A DNA stretch of 48,545 nt from Sphaeroforma arctica JP610 (Eukaryota). Where the stretch lies: NCBI RefSeq assembly GCF_001186125.1, contig NW_014039895.1, positions 3,545 to 52,089 on the forward strand, given 5' to 3'. Both the position numbers and the translations under genes were made by a program. The stretch's first letter is position 1, and each line of letters begins with the position of its first letter. The notes beneath the pieces are model-generated. The model saw nothing but the letters and a program-made list of their open reading frames with translations. It was not told the origin of the DNA and made no database searches. Of this stretch, positions 38,601 through 48,545 are shown in pieces.

Positions 38601-39413
38601 AAAACACCTCATGGCCACAGTTTTTGTATAAACCTTCCATGATACTATCTGTACGTCCACCACCACCTCGCCTATGGGTGTAAGCTCACCAAACCCTTTT
38701 CCGGTATACACTGATATTTCTATGTTCAGGCGTTCTACTAGGTCTGTGGTTATCCGCGTAGGAGTAGCTCCTGAGTCCAAATAACTCAGACTTTTTACTC
38801 CATTTACCACAGCCTCAGCAACGCTTCCATGTCAGTGTTTGCCAGGTACCACAAACTTTGCGGCACTGGCAACCACAGCCCCAGCTACCTTAGCGTCTTC
38901 GGCTGCTGTCGAAACTGTATTGATTGCTGCTCCTGCTACTCCAGCTGCTGACGTGGCCTTCAATGCAACTGCTACCACTGCTTCTTCCTCCTTCTTCGTC
39001 TGAGCTGTCTTGATGATCTTAGTACGCTTCCTCTTTTGTTGAGGTATGTGGCCAGACATATTACCATCTGTCATGGGACAGCTGGTAGACTTACAAGGAT
39101 GTCAGCCAGTATAAATTTCTCCACCTGGGACCTGACCTTATGCTCCCACAGAGCCATTAGTACGGACAGGCACCCCTCGTCTAGCTTCTAACAGATCACT
39201 CTGTATCTTACACCCTAATGGTAGACCCCATGTCTCATAAGCTATTTCTACAATCACCATGTCCTGCTCCTTCGGATAGCAAGCCAAAACAAAATTGTGC
39301 AAATCAACTTCAATTTGTTTCATATTCTTCATTGATTGCTTACCAAAATCCTCAAGTTTTACCATTCTCAAGCATGGTAATATTATCCTGGGAATGCCGC
39401 TCTGAGACTGCAC
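35646..39413 (-). mobile_element. Older, decayed Ty3/gypsy element: gag?, protease, RT, RNase H, Dam-like MTase, integrase N-terminus (continues at 29316 and 28225)
   Basis: Protease VNGVKSLSYLDSGAT (~38810-38765). RT GMPFGLKEA...VVCYIDDL (YIDD 37607-37618). RNase H LVMFADAC...GIGGIL, LYADHQPL, HIPVEENPIADVLSR. Integrase LHVTYAH and HWGVDFVDLP...SVLVA. Many stops and frameshifts; no 5' LTR seen. Confidence 0.9.
36400..36770 (-). pseudogene. Second Dam-like MTase domain (degenerate) in the minus-strand element
   Basis: Single frame: EEYQLTSPYFKAADKQWGPHTADGFALPGNAILPYY...LFV*YWGDPSVN*LFNHHWTLLPKVVNKAKKEVAWCTLVCPYWPWTEWFPILVEL. NHHW (36575-36586) is at the NPPW position. Confidence 0.8.
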
Positions 39414-40199
39414 TCTTGCTACTCTTATACGTCCTTTAAGAGGAAATACTCTAAATGTACATGGTCTACATGGGAAAGTCTCAAATGTAAAACGTTCATA
39501 CAGATTTACGGGTACGTTTTTTAATTGCTCAATGAAATTCCCTAAATGTGGTATTCAATTCCTTTCTCGAACTTACTTCAAATAAAACCTAAAAAGTACA
39601 TTTAGCGACTGTTATATGTACATTTAGCGACTTTCCAGTGCTGTATTTTTTTTATGACACCTGGGTTCGACGCAAAGCTTCTTCCCTTAAATACATTCTG
39701 GAGGCCCATAGGCACCACGGAACCTCCCCCTGATGTTTCAAACCCAGCACCCGCACATCCTGTGTGTGTACGTTAGGCCACAATCGAAGAAATGTCGATA
39801 GATGTCAAATGACTTCCGCTTATTAATTTGACAATATTTCAGACCCATCATTGGAATGTAAATATGATTGAGTGTGTGTTTGTTTACATTGTGTATGCGA
39901 TTGTAGAGAATTCCAACTTCTTTCTCATTGCTGTCATCATCTTATTTGCACTACCCACAGCACAAAGAATAGGAAAAGAGCTACACATCATAAGATCAAT
40001 ATTATACAAAATGCCATATATGGTTCATTATCAACTCGTACATAGGAGCAGGTCATATCCGTATAAAATTATATCTTTATAGATGTCTGAATGCTGATTG
40101 GTAGCTAAGGACAAAATATCAATGGCCGATTCGTTATGATCTCGTGCTCGGGAACAAATCCTAACTAACTTTCGTCGTAAATATCCGTTCGCGTATCAA

Positions 40200-40579
40200 G
40201 CTTGTACTGGCCGACTTCCCTCGTGAGCTATGGCCGCTGGCTTGTTGCTCATTCTGTTCACGTTCAGTGGTGCCAGAAATTTGGCCTCTACAAACTACGT
40301 TTTATGCGTGCCTGTTGTCGGTTTCTAAAAAAAAATCAAATACTTTGGATACCTTTCTAGTGATTATGATTACGCTCTAACATGCTCGCGCTTTTACTGG
40401 CCGACTTCCCTCGTGAGCTATGGCCGCTGGCTTGTTGCTCATTTTGTTCACGTTCAGTGGTGCCAGAAATTTGGCCTCTACAAACTACATTTTATGCGTG
40501 CCTGTTGTCGGTTTCTAAAAAAAAATCAAATACTTTGGATACCTTTCTAGCGATTATGATTACGCTCTAACATGCTCGC
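40200..40579 (+). repeat. Tandem duplication, 190-bp period, two near-identical copies
   Basis: TACTGGCCGACTTCCC...CATGCTCGC starts at 40205 and 40395. Confidence 0.93.
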
Positions 40580-43500
40580 CCATAGTAAGATCTTCTTCGA
40601 TTTATTACGTTCCGCTCACACTATCCAATCATCTGCGATTGAGGTAAGAATAATCGCCTGGTAATGGGGGTCGAGTACGATTAAGCAAGTATAAATCTAT
40701 TGCTTACGTCTTTTGGGCTCTTGAATAATGTTCGAGAGGCCGCCATTTTGATACCGCGTGCCAAGAAAGATACCAACTTCTTTTTTTACGTGAACGTACA
40801 AGCAAGTCTTTCGCACCTCGTGACTGTCAGGTTCGTACTGAGACCACCATAGATTTCGATAAGTTTGTCATATAAACGAACAACTTGCCTTAATAATATG
40901 ATCCCTCACACTGCCAATCCTCACAAGCTTTATATGCTGCGGCCTGGTTGTTTGCTATTTTCTAAAATCGAATAGCCGAACATACTGTCAATTTATATTT
41001 TTCAACAATCCGAAACATGTCGCGCTCTAAAGAATACCAACAACATATTCATTTAAAAGATTATACTAGTAATAGAATTGGACCGCACATGTGCACGGTC
41101 CGAGTCGTTGTTCCTTGTGTACAAGAAAGCGTTAAAGCTTCCTCCTTTTCCCCAGGCTATATTATATTCAACAAAGTTCTAAGACTCTAGAATGATTTCT
41201 CCTTTCATTGCTTCAAAAATTATCAAGCAATAGGGAAAAGAGAGGTAATGTTTTAATCTTTATCCACTCACCTGATTCTGTCGGTATGTATGGGATTAAA
41301 TTGTTTCAGTGGCCGCATCGAATTGATATAGAACATCATCAACATGTATCTCCCACAAAATAAATTGATACAAAGTCTGACTTCTATAGTTTAGTTGACA
41401 ATTCTTGATAATTCGCCCTGTCACATATTTCGCTACGTCTGTCCCAGACGAGGATGCCATTTCGACACGGGGATCAATCAAAACTTTACCGAATTATATC
41501 CTATAGAGACATGACTTTTCTCAAATATGTAAAACACACCTTGATGCGTCGTCATTATCGTTGTTGATAATAACTGTTGTTCTCATTTGACTGGATGTGC
41601 ATTCTTTGTCTCCACTCATGAAGAGAGCCTGACCTAAATAATGTACAAACTTTTGTCAGCATGCACAAGTTTTATGGCCGTGAAAATGAATATCGACTTT
41701 ACATTACCTCAAATATAGTCTTTAGACTAACTAAACTATCAGAGATGTGTAACCTGAAGAACACACTTTCACTCGTTTCCGTGTCACATCTCACTGGCAA
41801 ATTTTCATTCTGTATACAATTTCCCAATCTATAATTAGCAGTGCACTACCAGGGGAATTAGTAAATCGAACATATCAGGCCGAATTTCATGCATCAGACG
41901 CACCACTGAGAGAAAATTTGGCCGCAAACCGCAATTAACACCTAGTCAACGAAATAAGACGCTTGGCAAGTCCAAAGTGCTAATGACTAGCAAAAGTACG
42001 TTGTATCCATCTACGTTGTTAAGAAAGGGAGCGCGCAAGCAGTGGGGGTAGTGAATATGCAGAGAAGATGCGAAAGGAGGTGATCAACGTAGACACCAAT
42101 GTAGCAATAGATACTCCGTCAAAGTTAATGTCATTTTATATCGGTGACTGGATCTTGCAGATAAACATTGTATTACAATTATGCGAACCGGGGGAATGGA
42201 TCAAAGGCTCGCCTATAATCTACCATTTGTCGCCACTACCCTTTCAGGCCGTTGGCTTCTGCGATGCTGATGCACATAGAATATGGATGAATGACTTACA
42301 CAAGTATCATAAGGCAGAAAGCTTAAGACTTATGGGACCCGCAAAGCTGACCGAGAAGATTTCGGTATTGATTCCGTGGAAGCATAGGAAAGCATATTTG
42401 AACTCAGCGATTGTCACATTAGAGAAAACAATCGCTATAGTTACTTTTTAGATGGTATGCCGAGTCCTGCGAGAGCTGACGAGCAATTCAGTTATATAGT
42501 ACGATGGATGAAATGTTTCCTCACAGATAATGTTGCAAACAGCTTTATAGTAGGCGGTGTAACCCAACACGACAGTTTAGCTGTGGAGTTTTGCCTTGTG
42601 CCCATGGTAGAGCAGCATCAGAAAACTCACAACTCGTGTATGATTGGGAGGCGTTGTCTTTGCACGACTATATCTCAAGTGTCCAACTGACAACAGAATT
42701 CGAAAATGAATTTCCGGAATACTATTCTCCTATGTTCCTGAAAAAGTGCATCACAGACCACGTGAGTTGCGCATCAGACAGTGAATGAAGTAGCATATAT
42801 CAATACCAATTAACAAAAGACATCATCTCTCCCTCAACATATTTATTTGTAACGAATGCATATAGCCGAAGGCTCTTTAATTCAAAGTTAAGCAACCTTT
42901 GCACGAACAATCTAGTAAATGTACATCGAAAAAGTGAAATTGTCGCTAAATGTACATTTGTACTTATGTGATCAATATGTCAGTACGTTTTCATTGGTAA
43001 AGAGTGGATGAACATTTAGTGGCCTTTTCTACGTTTTCAATGTACATTTAGATATGAGTTCTTTACCACCTTGATTTGTGTGTGCAACAACGCCTATCCC
43101 TTTGGGATATAAAAAACTGCTTTCTTATCTGATAATGGGCGCAGACCAGACCAGAGTCTCACGCGAGATATTGTCACCTCAGCAAAGTTCAAAAGTGAGT
43201 GAAACATATCCAGATATGTCGTGTTAGTCCTGACGTGATACATTTCTTTCATGATCAGCAAGCCATTTTGTTAAATAAGCATGTCATTATATACTGGAGA
43301 TGCAGCAAAAGTCGTGTGCTAAACGTTTTCAATGCAGATTCCACACATGTCCGTCAGCCTAATTTCACCACTTTTGGATGGGTTGTCTAACCGCGGATTT
43401 ATAGCTGTGGCCGCTGTGTTTCAAAGTAGGAAGTTTGACAGCTTTGACAAAGGCTGCGAAGCCTCAAGTCAAAGTCAACTGTATGTCCATAGTAATGCCC

Positions 43501-43853
43501 GATATGGTGGCGATTGTGGCAGTATCATATTTACTGGTTTGTCGAGACTTGTTTTGACATTGAAAGAGTAAATGATAGTATTTTTTGCTTTGAATTTCAA
43601 ACCATTTCGGCGCACGTATATATCTTGTAAATAGGTAACTAGCGGACTTACTGTGAGTTCGCCGGAACAAATGAGACCAAGGCACCGTCGAAGGCGGACT
43701 TTTATGAGGAGGCATAGTGCCTCTATGTCATGAAGTCGCTATGGATACGCTTTGTATCATTAATGGCTGGCTTGAGGAACAAAGAGCCGCATGCGGACAT
43801 CTTTTGTGCAATCATCCGACGTTGCTGAACCATGCGCAAATGTATTTCCAGAT

Positions 43854-44290
43854 AATATTTCACTGGCTCGCCGAGTAGTGGGCCGATGACTGTTTGATAA
43901 ATTGCAAAGTCAATGAATTGTTATTGAGCTAAACTGGCTGCCGTCTTATAGTTGAATTACTTTTCGACTACAAGTCGAAGTCCAATTACTTTGCTACTTT
44001 GTTTTAATAATGCTAACAAAAGTCACATAACGCATTGCATCTCTCAGACCAGACACAGATAGGATGTTGGGAATATTTCAGTGGCTCGCCGAGTGGTGGG
44101 CCGATGACTGTTTGATAAATTGCAAAGTCAATGAATTGGTATTGAGCTAAACGGGCTGCCATCTTATAGTCGAATTACTTTTCGACTACAAGTCGAAGTC
44201 CAATTACTTTTGCTACTTTGTCTTAATAATGTTAACAAAAGTCACAACGCATTGCATCTCTCAGACCAGACACAGATAGGACGTTGGGAA
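43854..44290 (+). repeat. Tandem duplication, ~218-bp period, two similar copies
   Basis: AATATTTCASTGGCTCGCCGAG...GTTGGGAA starts at 43854 and 44072. Confidence 0.92.
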
Positions 44291-47200
44291 ACGTATGCTC
44301 AACCAACTATTATTGCTCTTCTGGATGTTCGTATGTGAGGAGTTTGTCGCGCAGGAACGAGAGACTAATTTAAAGATTTGATCTTATGACATAGTCTGCA
44401 TCGATTTGGAAACGAGCATTTTCTTGGATTATTATTTGGAAAGTTCGAGATCACACTATGAAGTTTTATCTGAATACGCGGCGGAACGGTTCATGCAAAG
44501 GCAGCTCTTATGCTCGAATAGGAGTTAATCGAATTATAGCTTACGCGACTCCCCCAAGACATATACTTCGAAACTGGCCGAGAAAAATATGAATGAGCTT
44601 TATTAAGGGAATGATTCGACTCAGTATATAGTATCCGAATCAGTATGCAGCAGTCGAAATCACAACGACTCTTAGCACCCAGAGCTAGTTAATTCGCTGT
44701 ATTTGCTGGAATTCGCTGTAGTCGCAGTTGAGAAGAATACGCGACGGTGTAAATGGATGCATTCAGTGAGCCAAGGGAATAAGTTTAAACGATAAACATA
44801 GAGAGCACAAATCATGAATACCGAAATACACCAAGGAGACGGAATCCGACAAACCAAATTCAAATGTTTCCGAAGAAAATTTTTATTCTCAAATATTGTC
44901 ATGTACACAAACCCATACAGGAAGCACAAGAGTCATTCAGCGTTTGTGCCAGATATACTTTTTAGTAAAATTCTTTACGACATAGCAATTGTATATCATA
45001 AACACTGAAAGTACATATGTCATAGGCTCGCAGGTTCTTCATGTCAACGTATGACCGTACTGATCAACAAGAATTTGTCGGAATAAACTAGCTATTTTAT
45101 TGGAAATTAATAGATCTTGATATGGACAGGAATGTCAAGTTGATATCGTTGCAAAATGAAGCTACAGTTTCGTGCTGGCCATTCTGGAGAGCTCACGAAC
45201 GGTTCATAGATCCAACTCTTCAAAAACGAAAGTTGAGGGGAAAGTGATCGAGGCAGCGTCATACGATGCTGGCGTGGTCATACTATCAGTCGATTTTTCA
45301 TTCTCCAATTCTACAAAAGTATCGGATGGAGCACGACCAGGACCAAAATTGGAAACCAAATATTCCGAAATACTTGCGCTGTAGAGAATTGTGGCTGTAG
45401 AAACATGTGTCTTGATCTCATGTTGGAATACCGTTCAGTACACAGCACGAAGCGTATTACCAAAGATAGGAAATGTACAAATGACAAATTACAGCACCCG
45501 ACTCTTGCAGGTGTGCATTGTAGCATGCTTGGATTCAATCTCTGGCTACCACGGCACAGAACACAACATGTATTAATGGGTGAGCGCAGCTTCCAAATCT
45601 ACCTTGGTGTGTCTTAAAAAAAAAGCATCTTTATTTCGTACCTCGCAATCGTAGATACTTGTCAGTCGAATTTACTCTAGTCTGTAAAATTGTGTGGGAG
45701 CTATGCGAAGGTTTTACATGATACATTGGTAAGTAGCTAGGATAAAAAGTTAGTCGCTTCTGTGATATCAACCGTCTCACTGAAGTGCCATCCTTAATAG
45801 CCAAGACCGTTCACCGCCTTGTATTCTCATTCATTTCAGTGCGAAATGTACAAAACTGCTGGTGTGGCCCGCAGCAGATAATCTTATACTAAGTGAGCTC
45901 AGGGACTTAAAAACACTTTTCGATCTGTTGTTGTCAATCTTGATTTGTTCTATTCCAATACATTCGGTCGTGGTGTAAAATTATAGTCAGTCTCACATGG
46001 TGCAGCGCTCGGAGTGCTGCGTTTGGGGTTATGTTTGGGTTTGCACCTGGAAGCTTCGTGAATACTCCGAAAGAGCTCATCTCTGTCGAGGTTGAAACAA
46101 GAATGAAAACAAATGCTACATTAATATACAGTAGTAAGCCTCAAGCTTTGAGACAACATGAAATAATAGCAACTAATCGATGAAAAGCACTCGCCGATTA
46201 TAAATACCCACCTCATCACTCAACGTAGGACTTGGTGGCGCTCCAACAACAAGATCGCTATTTGCAACTAACCCTGACCTGGTCTCTAGTTCAACTTTAT
46301 GGTCGCTCACTGACGTTTGTTGAGAAGCCGCACCTCCAGCAGTTTCGCCTAGAGTGATCTCTAATAGAGAAGCGACGAGCGCAAATGAGCTATGTTTATA
46401 AAACTCTTACATTCTACATGAACATGATGAGGTGCGTTTCCCTGTGATGGAAACTGAACACGCTCTACGTGGGGTAGACAGCAAAAACACAGCCACATGA
46501 ATTACTAGTATGCTACCCAGAGAATAGAGCTGATTAGGCTCTGTGTATTTCATAGCTAGAAAGGTATGTAAGAGTGTCCAACTGCTGAGGTGTATTGTAA
46601 AGAACACGTTCATACTATGATAAAATCTCGATACTGCACAACGTTAAAGAAGTTTCAAATGCCTTTTGGGTCAAATATTCTACAGCCATGACTATAGTGC
46701 AGGTCTTCTCGTAAACATGGAAAATTAAAACATGTGTTGCAACCACAGTACTCACGGAATAATCCAGTCTCCGATAGAAGTTCGAGCTGTGTGCGTAAGG
46801 ATTCATTGACCCAAGGGCTGGCTAGGACTTGACTTTTTTTCTGCTCCCGGCATAAAGGAAAGCGAATATTTCATAATAAGGATCACATCTCAAGAGGACT
46901 TATGATATCATTGAGCAAAGAGGAAAAATATGCAGACGTGCTGCTGCCTGAGTGCACTACGGATATTAGTGAGACGTTGATTAAAATCAGCAAGAGAGCT
47001 TCCCTTGAAACGCTGGTGCAGAACCGAGAGTGATTCAAGATGAAAATAATTAGCAGGGAAATCGAGAACATGGAAAGAGCAGATATACCTCTCGGAGATA
47101 CTCTATGTCCACGTTGAGCGCTATGAGAGCTACACAGGCGGTAGAGACTTGCGCGAGCTAAAAGTGAGCATGTAAATGAGGGGAAGCACCGGTCAATTTG

Positions 47201-48369
47201 TGATAGAGAATCAATTGCGGAGGTTCGTAGGGGGGATGGGTTGGGTTGGCTTGTGAATAATCCAGATGCGACCACATACATGTATCACGCCAAGAAATAT
47301 ATGATCAAGCCAACAAGCACACAGGATACATTCCTATACAGGGGGGAGCGGGGGCTTCCGAACAATGCGAGACCGGAAATCTTGAGGATATAAGTCCCCA
47401 AACAATATTATCGGCAATCACTGGTCACTCCGCATCTTGCCAAACCAACTACTGAGGCTTTACATTATGATTATGAAAGCAACGACAGAGAATTTGCATG
47501 TGAAATTGACAATTTTCATCGTAGATTAAAGTCTTTCCAACAGATAGATTGAAATAACTACGTACAAACTTAGATTCAAATGCATCTCAGAAATTTAAAA
47601 TTTATATAGCTGTTCTGCCACTTAGAGTTCGATGACCTTGTATGTAATCATGGTTGCACAACAGTTGTCAAATGGCTACCTGCCGAAAGACAACGATGCA
47701 TGAGTATGACAAATGCATGCCAGTACCCAATATCTGTTACTTTGGAAAATGTTTTCGAGAAGGTAGAAACAGTTGTACCCCTATTAATAGAATAGGGAGT
47801 TCCCATGTTTGTAAAATCACCAAAAGGTACTACAGAAAAACTTAGGATGATCAAATTGGCTCTGCTTACTGAGTTAACTGGCAATCTAATTGAAAAAGGG
47901 GTCGGGTAGTTATCGCAAAACACATAGTGGCAAGTATCGTGGTAAATTCTAGACAGCATATCGTGAATCAAACTCCAACTTCGCTACCCAACACACCTGT
48001 ATTGCTCGCGTCTTAAGTATGCGTAGCATACGAAATAACGCGTCGGTCAATCTGTGCTGTTGCTCCTCACAGTACTCGACCAATTCGTGTTTATATGCAC
48101 TGAATAGCTCCTGGAAGGTTATAACATAAGCGTTGTACAAGATTTGATCAAAAGGTTGTTGAGGACACAGCTGAATCGATTCATGACCATATCCGACCCA
48201 AAAATACAGGAATAGCCACACGCTGCAAAATATATAAAACAAACAAATAGTATATACTGCTCAAGATTTGCATTTTTCACTTATGTATAGGTCAAAACCG
48301 AAGTTGACACATGGCTTATTTCGCAGAACGACAATACATTCTAGAACAGTGAATACACATTGTGTACTT

Positions 48370-48416
48370 TATATATATATATATAAATATATATATACAT
48401 ACATACATATATATAC

Positions 48417-48447
<31 letters not shown>

Positions 48448-48461
48448 ATAATATATATATN

Positions 48462-48524
<63 letters not shown>

Positions 48525-48545
48525 TANATACTACTAATATACATA
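48370..48545. repeat. (TA)n microsatellite; similar TA/TG tracts at 1-40, 950-1180, 1605-1682, 3290-3385, 3637-3680, 11700-11930
   Basis: Directly visible. Several tracts abut N gaps. Confidence 0.95.

Noticed and set aside
29317..39413. Classifying the MTase-bearing elements as DIRS or Ngaro
   Set aside because: No tyrosine recombinase motifs were seen. Both have DDE integrases after RNase H, one has direct TG..CA LTRs and the other has an aspartic protease.

Overview
Eukaryotic genomic DNA with GT-AG introns, (TA)n/(TG)n microsatellites and three N gaps. The proteins look opisthokont-like; a unicellular holozoan host is a guess only. The left half (1-25 kb) holds four genes: the 3' part of MSH2 (+, spliced), an intronless NOA1/YqeH-type circularly permuted GTPase (-), CDC40/PRP17 (+, 7 exons, minisatellite-filled introns) and an intronless 1698-aa receptor-type class III nucleotidyl cyclase (-) with a split C2-like N-terminus, TM, dCache, TM, HAMP and cyclase domains. 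The right half is a cluster of decayed transposons. A + strand Ty3/gypsy element with two LTRs (29317-35645) is nested in the integrase of an older, divergent - strand Ty3/gypsy element, which a third ~0.8 kb insert also interrupts. Decayed, unidentified DNA follows (39.4-48.5 kb). The main result is that both gypsy elements carry a DIRS-type Dam-like adenine methyltransferase domain (D-x-F-A...N-A and NPPW-type motifs) between RNase H and a DDE integrase. Further points: a dCache amino-acid-binding motif and an N-to-D catalytic change in the cyclase, tandem arrays of branch-point-like motifs next to 3' splice sites in CDC40, and decayed copies of exon junctions inside introns. All calls come from manual reading; no database searches were run.
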